DNA of 62,747 nucleotides, filler included, from Aduncisulcus paluster (taxonomy: Eukaryota), in NCBI GenBank assembly GCA_024181965.1. It is 5 parts of 5 records of this genome, joined end to end, with 100 filler letters (N's around TTAATTAATTAA, not from the genome) between each part and the next. Parts side by side here need not be neighbours in the genome. Positions count along the whole stretch, not along the records: positions 31,128 to 40,261 come from BQXS01012529.1; positions 40,362 to 56,446 come from BQXS01012530.1; 3 more parts are not named here. One strand, 5' to 3'. The position numbers and the translations under genes are program-made. Positions 33,427 to 44,395 of the stretch are shown here, piece by piece. How positions within the stretch are numbered: the stretch's first letter is position 1; each line of letters opens with the position of its first letter. The notes beneath the pieces were generated by a model. That model searched no databases. It was not told the origin of the DNA and worked only from the letters and a program-made list of their open reading frames with translations.

Positions 33427-34110
33427 TCTAAAATAACAACAATAAGTAAGTTTCTAGAATAAATGAACAATATTAAAACAATTTTACGTACAATTGATTT
33501 CTTATATTTCTTCTATGCAGAGAATTTTGAGAATTTGAATATAAGTTGTGAAATATTGCATCCATATTTATTGTAGCAATTAAATTGTCGGGCATTTGCA
33601 TCATAATTGGTTTTACGCTTACCTTATCCTTACAATATTATTCAACTACTCTTTTAGCATAATAATTCAATTTGTGAGATATTGACGGAGTCAAAGAGAA
33701 ATATTTTTGTTAAAACTCAGTGTACACAATGTCTACAAATTAAAATAGAAGATATTTGTATTTTTTCCAAATGTTTTACTCTTCTCCAGTGCAGTTGTTG
33801 ACCATAGGGAAAAAAAGAAAAATAAATGCAAATCAAAAGCGATATTTTTCACATTCTTTCAATATTTATTATTTTTTGTTTTGAGTAATCACCTTTTTAT
33901 GGACCAATCTGTGATTAAGCCTTGTATTAGAGTTGTAGGGGTCTATGAAGACAGAAAAAATAATATGAAAGATAATTTTTATTTAAAATGTGATTTTATT
34001 TTTTCTTCAATCAATATTTGGCATTTTTCATGAGTCATGAACATTCTTGATAATTAATTCTCGTTGACTCCCAAAAAAGTTCCACTGTGTGTTGCACCGA
34101 ATCAACCACA

Positions 34111-37100
34111 ATGGTGAATATCTACATTAATGGACAACATTACGTGGCCCCTGAGGGTCTTTCTGTCTTAGACGCCTGCAGAAGATATGGTTACCATGTC
34201 CCTGCTTTATGTTACCATCCTCGTCTCAAGCCTCTTGGACGTTGTAAGGTTTGTGTTGTTGAACTTGAAGATTCTGGAAACTTATGTATCTCTTGTTCTA
34301 CTCAAATTGAAGAAGGAATGAAAATCCGTACAGACACTCCCCGTGTCATTTCCAAGGCTACCCAGGCTATGCGTGGTCTCAAGGAGAAGCAAACTGAACG
34401 TATGACTCGTGTTGTCGCTGATAAGACTGAGTTTGACCGTCTTTGCCAGTGGGCTGATGGTTCTGAGCTCCATAAGAATGCTGCCGTCACCATCGATCCT
34501 ACTCTCTGTGTTGAGTGTGGTCGTTGTGAGGAAGCTTGTTCTCGTCTCCAAGACATGCACATTCTTGAGATTCCCAATGGTCAACCCGTCCGTGCCACTG
34601 GTGGTGTTGCTTTCGACACTTCTGCCTGTATTGGATGTGGTCAGTGTTCCACTTTCTGTCCTACCGGTGCCATCAACGCTACTTCCCACATTGACAAGAT
34701 CTACGATGCTATTGCTGCTGGTGACAAGACTATTGTTGCTCAGACTGCCCCTTCGATCCGTGTTGCTCTTGGTGAAGAATGTGGTGTTCCCGCTGGTGAA
34801 ATCACCACTGGAAAGATGGTTGCTGCTCTTCGTGCCATTGGCTTCAAACATGTCTTCGATACCAACTACTCTGCCGATTTGACCATCTTAGAGGAAGGTA
34901 CCGAGCTTATTGGTCGTCTCTCTAAGAAGTGGGCTGGTGAGGAGGTTGCTATGCCTATGTTCACTTCATGCTGTCCCGCTTGGATCAACAGTGTTGAGCA
35001 AGATTTCCCTGAGTTCATCCCCAACCTCTCATCCTGTAAGAGTCCTATGATGATGCTCGGTCGTATCGTCAAGCAATACTGGGCCGAGAAGGCTGGAATT
35101 GATCGTTCCAAGATCTTCCAAGTTGCCATCATGCCTTGTACCGCCAAGAAGATGGAAATTGAGCGTCANNNNNNNNNNNNNNNNNNNNGCTGTCCCGCTT
35201 GGATCAACAGTGTTGAGCAAGATTTCCCTGAGTTCATCCCCAACCTCTCATCCTGTAAGAGTCCTATGATGATGCTCGGTCGTATCGTCAAGCAATACTG
35301 GGCCGAGAAGGCTGGAATTGATCGTTCCAAGATCTTCCAAGTTGCCATCATGCCTTGTACCGCCAAGAAGATGGAAATTGAGCGTCAACAAATGCTTGTT
35401 GATGGAGACAAGGATGTCGATGCCGTTCTCACTACTCGTGAGTTAGGAGCTCTCATCCGTAAGCACCACATCAAGTTCTCTGAGCTTGAGGATTCCGAGT
35501 TCGATTGTCCTCTTGGAACCAGTACTGGTGCCGCTGTTATCTTCGGTGTTACTGGAGGTGTTATGGAGGCTGCCCTCAGAACTGCCTACGAAGTCACTAC
35601 CAAGACTCCTCTTCCCACTCTTGAATACTCTCCTGTCCGTGGTGTTGACAAGAACATCAAGGTCAGCACTGTTGAGCTTCCTTTGCCCGATGGAAACAAG
35701 AAGACCATCAAGGTTGGTGTGTGTAACGGAATCAAGGCTGCTCACAAGCTCCTTGCCGATATTAAATCCGGTGAAGCCACTGACTTTGACTTCATTGAAG
35801 TTATGAGCTGTCCCGGTGGATGCATTGGTGGTGGTGGACAACCTCGTTCCCTCGACCCTGAGATCTTGAAGAAACGTAGTGAGGCTACATACACCTGTGA
35901 TGAGCGTAGTGCTATCCGTCGTTCTCACGAGAACCCTACTATCAACAAACTCTACGAGGAGTATTACGAAGAGCCCAACTCTCACAAGGCTCACCATGAT
36001 CTCCACACTCACTACACTGACCGTTCTGCTGCCATCATCCGTCCTATTGAGGAGGAGGAAGAAGAAGAAGAAGTCGTTGATGTTGATGGAACTCCTCTTC
36101 TCATTGTGTACGCTACCCAGACTGGTAACTGTAAGGAAGTTGCTCAGCGTATCGCTGCCGAGTCCAAGACCAAGGACATTAACTTTGCTCCCCGTGTGAA
36201 ATCTATTGACAAGATCACTTTCACTGACATCCCCAAGGCTTCTCTCCTTGTGTACGTTACCTCCACTTTCGGTATGGGTGAGCACCCTGATATGGGTCAA
36301 CCCTTCATGGAATGGCTTGACAAGGCTGACCACCCCAACAACCTCTTCGGAAACACTAAGTTCGGTGTCTTCGGTCTTGGTTCCTCTTCTTACAAGGCCT
36401 TCTGTGCTGCTGCTCTTGAGGTAGACGAGCGTGTTGTTGAGCTTGGAGCCAAGCGTCTTGTTCCTTGCGGTAAGGGTGACGAGCTCCATGCTGAGAAGTA
36501 CGAGGGTGCCCTCGGTCCTTGGCTTGAGGCCTTCTGGGAAAGCCTTGGTGCTTCTGAGAAGGGTGGTGTTCCCGCCGTTCCCGAGCCCAAGTATGCTGTT
36601 CTCCGTACCACCAGCATGAACAACCCTCCCCCTGCTCCTACTGGTTTCCAATATGCTTCCTTCACTTACAAGGAGAAGATTGTTCCCGAGACTGCTGAGC
36701 GTGAGGCTTTCCGCTTTGACATTGACATTTCTGAGTGTTCTCTTGAGTACAAGACAGGTTACCACATCGGTATCATGCCTCGTAACGCTGACGAAACTGT
36801 TGCTAAGTTCTGTGAGTTCCACAAGCTTAACCCCGAGGAGTGTGTTGTTGTCCAACAAGTTGGATCTGAACCCGTCCCCACTGGTCTCAAGCACTCTTTG
36901 TCTATCTACGAGATCTTCTCTCAATACAAGGATCTCCAAGGACCCGTCTCTCGTTCATTCCTTAAACGCCTCATCCCATTCGCTGACTCCAAGGACAGAG
37001 AAGTTCTTGAGAGACTTGTTAGCAAGGAAGGAATCGAAGAATTCACCGCTTCTTACTTGAAGGAAGGTATCAACTTTGGAGAGATCTGGGAGTACTTCCC

Positions 37101-37812
37101 ATCTGTCCGTCCTTCTCTTGAGTTCCTCATTGAACTCGTTCCCAGTCAGAAGTCTCGTCTTTACTCCATTGCTTCTTCTGATCTTATGCACCCCGATGTT
37201 GTTGAGCTCGTCATTGGTCTCGTCTCCTGGAAGACCCCCAAGGGTGTTGTCAGGTACGGTGCCACTACTTCTTACCTCAAGAGCCTTGACCCTGCCAAGA
37301 AGCCCCGTATCTTATGTACTATCAAATCCTCTCCTCTCTGCCCCCCAACCAAGACTGAGACTCCTTACATCATGGTTGGTCTCGGAAGTGGAATTGCTCC
37401 CTTCAGAGGTTGGATGCAAGAGAGACAGATGCTCAAGGAACAGGGAAAGCCTCTTGGAAAGGCTTACCTTCTCTTTGGATGCCGTAGAAGAAGTGAAGAT
37501 TTCTTGTGTGGAGACGAACTTGAGAAATGGGACAAGGAAGGACTTGTTGAGCTCCGTTGTGCCTTCTCTCGTGAGATTCCCGGCCAAAAGGTATACTGTC
37601 CTCACTTGCTTCAGAACGATCCTATGATTGTCAAGAACTGTTTGTTTGATGAAGATGGTGGTATTTACTACTGTGGTATCACTGGTTTGCCCCAGACTCT
37701 CATGGACATTGTCAGGAAACAATTCGGGGACTTTGGTCTGACTGAGAAGCAGATTGAAGAAAGAGTTGAGTTATTGGAAGGTAAGGGTCAAATGATCTTT
37801 GAAGCTTGGTAA
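34111..37812 (+). CDS. [FeFe]-hydrogenase fused to a flavodoxin + FAD/NAD(P)H (CysJ/CPR-like diflavin reductase) module; about 1160 aa after removing the 219-nt gap duplication
   Basis: [2Fe-2S] (VPALC..CKVCVVE..SC), 2x[4Fe-4S] (CVECGRC, CIGCGQC..CP), H-cluster L1 TSCCPAW, L2 MPCTAKKME, L3 EVMSCPGGCIGGGGQP, then YATQTGN, STFGMG, RLYSIAS, GLGSGIAPF, FGCR, AFSRE..KVY and terminal FEAW. Confidence 0.96.
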   Translation: MVNIYINGQHYVAPEGLSVLDACRRYGYHVPALCYHPRLKPLGRCKVCVVELEDSGNLCISCSTQIEEGMKIRTDTPRVISKATQAMRGLKEKQTERMTRVVADKTEFDRLCQWADGSELHKNAAVTIDPTLCVECGRCEEACSRLQDMHILEIPNGQPVRATGGVAFDTSACIGCGQCSTFCPTGAINATSHIDKIYDAIAAGDKTIVAQTAPSIRVALGEECGVPAGEITTGKMVAALRAIGFKHVFDTNYSADLTILEEGTELIGRLSKKWAGEEVAMPMFTSCCPAWINSVEQDFPEFIPNLSSCKSPMMMLGRIVKQYWAEKAGIDRSKIFQVAIMPCTAKKMEIERXXXXXXXXCPAWINSVEQDFPEFIPNLSSCKSPMMMLGRIVKQYWAEKAGIDRSKIFQVAIMPCTAKKMEIERQQMLVDGDKDVDAVLTTRELGALIRKHHIKFSELEDSEFDCPLGTSTGAAVIFGVTGGVMEAALRTAYEVTTKTPLPTLEYSPVRGVDKNIKVSTVELPLPDGNKKTIKVGVCNGIKAAHKLLADIKSGEATDFDFIEVMSCPGGCIGGGGQPRSLDPEILKKRSEATYTCDERSAIRRSHENPTINKLYEEYYEEPNSHKAHHDLHTHYTDRSAAIIRPIEEEEEEEEVVDVDGTPLLIVYATQTGNCKEVAQRIAAESKTKDINFAPRVKSIDKITFTDIPKASLLVYVTSTFGMGEHPDMGQPFMEWLDKADHPNNLFGNTKFGVFGLGSSSYKAFCAAALEVDERVVELGAKRLVPCGKGDELHAEKYEGALGPWLEAFWESLGASEKGGVPAVPEPKYAVLRTTSMNNPPPAPTGFQYASFTYKEKIVPETAEREAFRFDIDISECSLEYKTGYHIGIMPRNADETVAKFCEFHKLNPEECVVVQQVGSEPVPTGLKHSLSIYEIFSQYKDLQGPVSRSFLKRLIPFADSKDREVLERLVSKEGIEEFTASYLKEGINFGEIWEYFPSVRPSLEFLIELVPSQKSRLYSIASSDLMHPDVVELVIGLVSWKTPKGVVRYGATTSYLKSLDPAKKPRILCTIKSSPLCPPTKTETPYIMVGLGSGIAPFRGWMQERQMLKEQGKPLGKAYLLFGCRRRSEDFLCGDELEKWDKEGLVELRCAFSREIPGQKVYCPHLLQNDPMIVKNCLFDEDGGIYYCGITGLPQTLMDIVRKQFGDFGLTEKQIEERVELLEGKGQMIFEAW

Positions 37813-38766
37813 GGTATGCTTTCTGTTCATGTGACAATCTAGGTATTTGTTCAACTTTGTGTATCATCGTCATTCTTATTTGATGCAAATCAATAATAAA
37901 TTAAATTAATCAAAGGGTAAAAAAGGGGCTTTGAGTGTTATTTTCTTGTCCTTTATCTAATAAAATATTCGAGTTTTAAAAATTATAAACGAAAAAATCA
38001 TGGAAATTAATGGTTACTTTCACCAAAAATATAAATGTATTTATGGACTGAGATTGATTTGTGATTTTAGCTGAATTTGGCGTTACGATAGAGTTCATGC
38101 TTATCTAATAGGTTATCAATTTACTAAATGTGATCACATTGTTGTTTTGATCATTTGAATTAATAAAATGGGAATATTTCCACGCCTCTCCTAAAAATAG
38201 TGCTCGTACAAAAATAGTAAGATATATAAATAGCCCACAAAATATTTTTTTTCTTGTATCGTATAGCTACCACAGTATTCTTATTTTTAGGGATAGATAT
38301 TTGGTTTCTACGTTTTTGTGTTCCATCTTCAAAAATGGGTTACCGCCGAGGCTAATATCAAGGAATAGAAATGACCCATTGGGGNNNNNNNNNNNNNNNN
38401 NNNNGTACAAAAATAGTAAGATATATAAATAGCCCACAAAATATTTTTTTTCTTGTATCGTATAGCTACCACAGTATTCTTATTTTTAGGGATAGATATT
38501 TGGTTTCTACGTTTTTGTGTTCCATCTTCAAAAATGGGTTACCGCCGAGGCTAATATCAAGGAATAGAAATGACCCATTGGGGTTTTGGAAGGATTTATT
38601 AAGATTTAGATAACTATTGGACCTTAAAAAATACAATCTTGATGTTGATAAACTTGGCCTCTTTTTTTGCTGGAAGTTTTGCTTGAACAACGTTTTTTCA
38701 AGTTGGCACAGATTTATTTTCATACTCAATACATTAATTTATTCATTCAAGTTTATTTATTAAATA

Positions 38767-39462
38767 ATGGGTCGCAACAAGATTGATATCGAATACATTC
38801 AAGATCCGCGTAAACGCCAGGTAACCTTCGGGAAGCGCCATAAAGGATTAATGAAAAAGGCTTATGAATTGGGGGTTCTCACTAAGGCTGATGTTGCGGT
38901 TATTATCATAAATTCCAAAGGGGAAGTATTTCAATATAGCTCCAGTGATATTCCGGCAATTTTGTCAAAATATACTGCCCAAATTGAGAAAGATAGTCTC
39001 AGGGTTTCTCATACTCCTGATTCGTTCAAGTATCCTTCTGATCAGTATCGAACATTGCCTCATGAGCCAGATGGGATTGATCACTTGAGATCTCACGGAT
39101 TAATTGCTGATGAAGATGCACCACCATATAAAAAACATTCCCCAGCCAATCATTTAGAGGTTCCTCATATTCCTGACGTAATGACTCATTCATTTTCGGA
39201 TACTCATAATGACCCAACTGTTGACCTCCCTCAGGGACTATCTATACCAACAGTTAGTTCAAGATCAATGGGAATTCATTATTTTGATCATAGTGCTCCC
39301 TCTGTCCTTGATCAATACCCCATGTCCATCGAGTCCCATATTGAGTCAACTCTTGATGTTTTGGACCATCCTCCTGGTTCAGGGAGGTCTTCTGAGACCG
39401 ATGATCTTACTAATCATCATTCTAGTCTTCCTTTCTTCACGGATTCTATGGTTCATAAATGA
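38767..39462 (+). CDS. MEF2-type MADS-box transcription factor
   Basis: MGRNKIDIEYIQDPRKRQVTFGKRHKGLMKKAYELGVLT..VAVIII...FQYSSSDI..ILSKY. Confidence 0.93.
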   Translation: MGRNKIDIEYIQDPRKRQVTFGKRHKGLMKKAYELGVLTKADVAVIIINSKGEVFQYSSSDIPAILSKYTAQIEKDSLRVSHTPDSFKYPSDQYRTLPHEPDGIDHLRSHGLIADEDAPPYKKHSPANHLEVPHIPDVMTHSFSDTHNDPTVDLPQGLSIPTVSSRSMGIHYFDHSAPSVLDQYPMSIESHIESTLDVLDHPPGSGRSSETDDLTNHHSSLPFFTDSMVHK

Positions 39463-39647
39463 GCTGTTATCGCTGGAAATAAAAATTTTTAAGAAGTACT
39501 GTGCGATCAATATTTGTTTATTTTTACTATTTTAATGAAAAATATTTATTTATTTTTAACTTTGAACAACAGACTAAAACGCACCACAAAACTAAAATTA
39601 GATCGAGACTCCCACTTCGTTTTTTCTTGTCCACTTAATTAATTAAC

Positions 39648-40261
39648 ATGAAATATCTTTCTGTTATCTTTGCTAGCATTATTGCTATTGCTTTTGCCTA
39701 CAGCCACAGTGCTTACGTGGCTTCTCAGGTTGCTGGTCGTACCTCTCTCTGGACTCCTGGAGAAGTTACCAGATTCGCTTCCAGACAGGACTTCCTTAAC
39801 GCTATCATGAGCGAAATTCCTGAAACTCCTAGAGGCTACCCTGTCCAACAATTTGTTATGAACGATGATCTTCCCGATGAGTTCGACTCTGTTGACCAAT
39901 GGGGTGATGTGTGTCCCAAGATCGGAGAAGTCCGTGACCAACAATCTTGTGGTTCTTGCTGGGCTTTCAGTTCTTCTGAGTCTTTGGGTGACCGTTTCTG
40001 TATTGCTACCAACGGTGACTTGCTCCAAGATGAGTTCCTCTCCCCCCAATGGTTGGTTTCTTGTGATCCCTATGACAATGGATGCAATGGAGGAAATGGT
40101 GCACGTGTTGGTTTCTTCTTCAAGAAAGACGGAACCGTCACTGATGACTGTGACCCTTACGTTTCTGGTGATGGTGTTACCATTCCCGAGTGTCCTAACG
40201 CCTGTGCTGATGGTTCTCAACCCGACAGAAAGTACTACGGCAAGAGCTCTACCCTTATCCA
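39648..40261 (+). CDS. Cathepsin B-like cysteine protease precursor (3' end cut)
   Basis: Signal peptide, LPDEFDS..W..C, RDQQSCGSCWAF, DRFC, LSPQWLVSCD..GCNGG. Confidence 0.93.
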
Positions 40262-40361
40262 NNNNNNNNNNNNNNNNNNNNNNNNNNNNNNNNNNNNNNN
40301 NNNNNTTAATTAATTAANNNNNNNNNNNNNNNNNNNNNNNNNNNNNNNNNNNNNNNNNNNN
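40262..40361. other. Artificial contig linker
   Basis: TTAATTAATTAA at 40306-40317 within Ns. Confidence 0.97.
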
Positions 40362-40432
40362 AAAGTAATCTCAGTTTAAATATAATTACCATTTTAAGAA
40401 TTCTTTAACCCCAATTTTTCCTCATTTAATTA

Positions 40433-42274
40433 ATGATGTTCCCTTCAAGACTTATTTTACTTTTACTCGCTATCTGTGTAATTATTCCAGGATGCTTTTC
40501 AGTTTTTTTTGTTGGGGATGATGGACAGTATGGTGGAACCCCCGGAGTTCTTGTCACATTTTCAACGGCAGCTCTGTATGATGCTATATTTCTTGGTCTT
40601 GGACCATACTTTGTATCCTATATGGATAGTTTACAAATTCCTGATTTTGAGCAGAAGATTACTTTTGGAATCGGTGAAGCAGATGTAAAGCTTTCGGATT
40701 TCACAATTACTTCATTTGCTTTTTTTCCTGATGATGACGTGCTTATTTCTGCTGAACCTGGCATAGATGGTGTGTATGTAAAGGCTTCAGGGGCCAGTAT
40801 TGCCGTGAATGTGGGATATTCTATCAAATTATTGACTTATCCGTTCACTTCATTTTCTGGACAGGCTTCCCTTAGTGTTGGGAGTTTAGGACTTTCAGCG
40901 ACTCTTTCTGTTGGCATCACTCCCGATTATGATGATCAATCCTGTTGTGACCCCTCCGATGATCCCTCCTGTGTCGCATGTGGATATCTCCCTACATTCT
41001 CTATCTCTCAGTTGAACATTGAGCTGGAGGATATCGAGCTGACGTTTATTGGAGATGACAATCCAATTCTACAAGGGCTGTCCGATATTCTTGAGTCCAG
41101 TCTCGTTCCTTTCCTGACGTCTGCCCTTTGTAATGCTGTGCTCGACTATATGAGTCATGAGAACATCCCGAGTTCATTGGGACTGTTCTCACCTTACCAT
41201 TACAGTGACTATGCTGTGTTTGAGCTTGGGTTTGCACAGGCATTCTATATTGGTGCCAACTACTTTATGCTTCCGACATTCGCTGTTGGTGCGTACGGCA
41301 AGAGTTCCGACGTTCGTCAGCGTGAAGACTCGGTTGATCCCTCGTACAATCCTATCTCTGGTCTGCCATATGATGTGTTTGGAAGTGAGATGGAGTACAC
41401 GATCTCGATCGATTCTATCCGTTCGTTGTTCTACAATGCTCTTTACAACGACAGAGATAGGAATTACAAGGGATGGATGGCCACGTTCGACACTATTGCA
41501 TGTGTTGGCGCACGTGCAGGGTGTGTTGATGCAGATGGAAGGTGGACAGGTGGTGACAGTAGTGCCTATGTTATTCAGAATGGACTTGGCAGGGACATCG
41601 ATGACCCTCCATCTCAGTTCTCACCTCTCTTCACCACTGCTTACTGGAAGGAGCTCCTCCCTGACCTATACGCTGCCTGTGAGGACTGCTACATCGATAT
41701 CATGTACACTTGGGGTGATGTGAATGATAATGCAGTTGTGCCCGATATCTCCATGCGTGTCGATGGGCTTGACTTCTTGTACGGTGGGTTCATGGTCGAG
41801 ATATCCCTCGTGGACGCTGTGTCCGGTGATGTGCAGGTCTCTCTTGATCTGACCTCTGATGTGTCCACTCAGGGCATTCTCTGGTGTGATCACGCTTATG
41901 TCAACGTTCTTCAGAATGCAGGGAAGGGACAGAACTTCGAGATCGAGGAATGTTCCATGGATGGTGCGGATGACGGGTGTGTGTTGGATGTATTGGAATG
42001 GGGTTCTTTGTTTAATGTTCTCAATATTCTATTTTTAGATGATTTCTTTTCCAATCCTTTTGTTCAAGACGAGAGAGGGTTTGTTTATTCGACTCGATTC
42101 CCGATTAATTACTATTTCTCGTGTGTGAGTAAGGAGGAAGAAGTGTGGTATGATTCCGATGGTAACTATGCCGTTGTGTCATTCGAGTTGCAGGAGTGTG
42201 TCTGTGATGTTGGTGCATTCGACGACAAAAGTCGCTCTGACGATGGCTATGTGTTCTGCATCCTGGATGTGTAG
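40433..42274 (+). CDS. Secreted BPI/LBP (TULIP)-like lipid-binding protein, paralog 2
   Basis: Signal peptide; TPGVLVTFSTAAL...SLQIPDFEQKITFGIGEADVKLSDFTITSF resembles the BPI/LBP N-terminus; Cys-rich inserts. Confidence 0.65.
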   Translation: MMFPSRLILLLLAICVIIPGCFSVFFVGDDGQYGGTPGVLVTFSTAALYDAIFLGLGPYFVSYMDSLQIPDFEQKITFGIGEADVKLSDFTITSFAFFPDDDVLISAEPGIDGVYVKASGASIAVNVGYSIKLLTYPFTSFSGQASLSVGSLGLSATLSVGITPDYDDQSCCDPSDDPSCVACGYLPTFSISQLNIELEDIELTFIGDDNPILQGLSDILESSLVPFLTSALCNAVLDYMSHENIPSSLGLFSPYHYSDYAVFELGFAQAFYIGANYFMLPTFAVGAYGKSSDVRQREDSVDPSYNPISGLPYDVFGSEMEYTISIDSIRSLFYNALYNDRDRNYKGWMATFDTIACVGARAGCVDADGRWTGGDSSAYVIQNGLGRDIDDPPSQFSPLFTTAYWKELLPDLYAACEDCYIDIMYTWGDVNDNAVVPDISMRVDGLDFLYGGFMVEISLVDAVSGDVQVSLDLTSDVSTQGILWCDHAYVNVLQNAGKGQNFEIEECSMDGADDGCVLDVLEWGSLFNVLNILFLDDFFSNPFVQDERGFVYSTRFPINYYFSCVSKEEEVWYDSDGNYAVVSFELQECVCDVGAFDDKSRSDDGYVFCILDV

Positions 42275-43954
42275 TGACATTAAAGGTCCTTGAGTGGATG
42301 CATCGTTTCACACCTCATGCGATATCGTTTATATTTATTTATTTTATTTATATCAATTATTATGTTCATACCCATACATTTATTCTATTCCTGCCATATG
42401 ACTTTATGTACATGATCCAAGGTATATAACCTTTGTTTCTTTATTTTTATCCGTTTCTATATTTTATTATTATATTTCTTAAGCTTATAGTATAAATATA
42501 TTTGTGTTTTTCGCATATTATATTCTCGCCCTTTGTTTCACCTTCTTTTAACCTCAAATACTGGAGTGTGTTCATGAGATGTCTTGATTCATCCAACAGC
42601 ATACTCCATCAGAACAATACCTTTTCACTCTGATTTACAAATATATTTACACACAACTCAGACATTTACTGGTTTCATAACTCCTCTGTTTCCTTTTTAT
42701 TCTCACTATTGAACCTAATATGTTACCTATTTTAAACCGTTTATTCCTTTTTATGGGCGGTATAAGATTATCTTTTTTTAAGTTAATCCCTTGATTTACA
42801 GAACATTCAATTGGTCTCTGCAACAGATCAGTGAGTTGACAGAATGATCAAGACAATGTATATAATCATATAATGCGGTGTAGCGCAATAAATCCACTTT
42901 ATCAACAAGGAATCTGAAGATTGATGCAATATCATTGGTATCAAAGCATAATGGGAAATTGAAGAATGGAAGTTAGTTTGACTTGGGAAGAAAATAGGGG
43001 TGAAACGATTTTACTTTTTCTTCTTCAATATACACCTGGTATACCCAGATCCAGATAGTCATTATCATTTGATAACAACTCAGACTTCATCAATCAAGAC
43101 GATATCTCATGGATCCATGATGGATCGAGGTGAAATTGTGAAAGAACTGCCAAATAGAACACGAATCAGATAAATATCTGCGAATAAACAATTATATTCA
43201 AAATAAACACCAATTTGTGCAAGATTATGCAGAAATAAACAAACTTCCATTTTCATATTTCTATTTTTAGAAATTCTATTTTTAGAATTCACATTTTTCA
43301 AATTGCTTTAAAATTGAGTAATAACGTTATTTTGCGAGTTTATTATGAGATTTTTAACAAGATAAAACGATGTTATCAGAACAATTGATATACACACTTC
43401 GTTTCTCCATAAGTGCCAAGAGTCAATGTTCAACCAGATCAAGTCTTGATCAAGATTCAAACAGTATCGTCAATGAACAACAAATGATTATATGTCAATA
43501 TCCAATTCTTGATGATAGCTTTGGAAACAATTATCAACAATTATAAACCATCTCATCTTGAGATAAGAGATTCAGAACTCATTGGGAGCAAATCCAGAAC
43601 CATCGATTCTTTTCCTCTGTCCACATTTCTTTCCCTTCAATCTGACATAAAACAATATTAAGAATGGGAATNNNNNNNNNNNNNNNNNNNNAACAAATGA
43701 TTATATGTCAATATCCAATTCTTGATGATAGCTTTGGAAACAATTATCAACAATTATAAACCATCTCATCTTGAGATAAGAGATTCAGAACTCATTGGGA
43801 GCAAATCCAGAACCATCGATTCTTTTCCTCTGTCCACATTTCTTTCCCTTCAATCTGACATAAAACAATATTAAGAATGGGAATAGAATCTTGACCTTCA
43901 ACTTTCCAATCTCCTTCCTGAAGAAACTCTGCTTTCACAATTCTCTTCCAGTTC

Positions 43955-44395
43955 TCACACACAGAATAACATTAGGGCAAAGAGATCAACAGGAAAGAAA
44001 TACCAATGATGTTCTTCAAATTCAGGAAATTCGTACTTCTTGGACACTTTCTCACCCTTTGAAGAACTAACAGTGAAGACAAGATATAAGGGAGGTAGCG
44101 AACCAGGAATATTACGAATGGAGATATAAGCACCCTTGATTGGGGAACTTGAAGAAAAAGGAATGAAAATATGGGTAAAAAATCCACAATCACTCTCTTC
44201 TTTCACCTTCTCTTGTGCAAAACAACTCTGATCGTACTCTTCATCACCGTCTTCCTTGGTTTCATTTCTCGCTTTGATAGTTGGAACGGCTGGAGTCATA
44301 ATATTGGGGGAATCACCAGAAATTAGAGAATAATCATAATCTACTTGATGAATAAACACTGGTTTTATCGTTTGAACAGTAATTGTTGAACTCAT
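43955..44395 (-). pseudogene. Truncated/frameshifted member of an orphan family (DOC/APC10-like fold suspected)
   Basis: FTHIFIPFSSSSPIKGAYI..KKYEFPEF..HWYFFPVDL. The expected continuation (PNVILC) lies in another frame and soon hits a stop; the surrounding 42300-45290 region has no long ORF. Confidence 0.55.

Noticed and set aside
34970..35388. Apparent duplication of H-cluster motifs L1/L2 in the hydrogenase
   Set aside because: Identical copies offset by 219 nt on either side of a 20-N gap; assembly overlap, not a two-H-cluster enzyme.
35443..36939. 498-aa antisense ORF inside the hydrogenase, and similar antisense ORFs in UPF1 and cathepsin
   Set aside because: Shadow of strong sense-strand codon bias that avoids TTA/CTA/TCA; no protein-family features.
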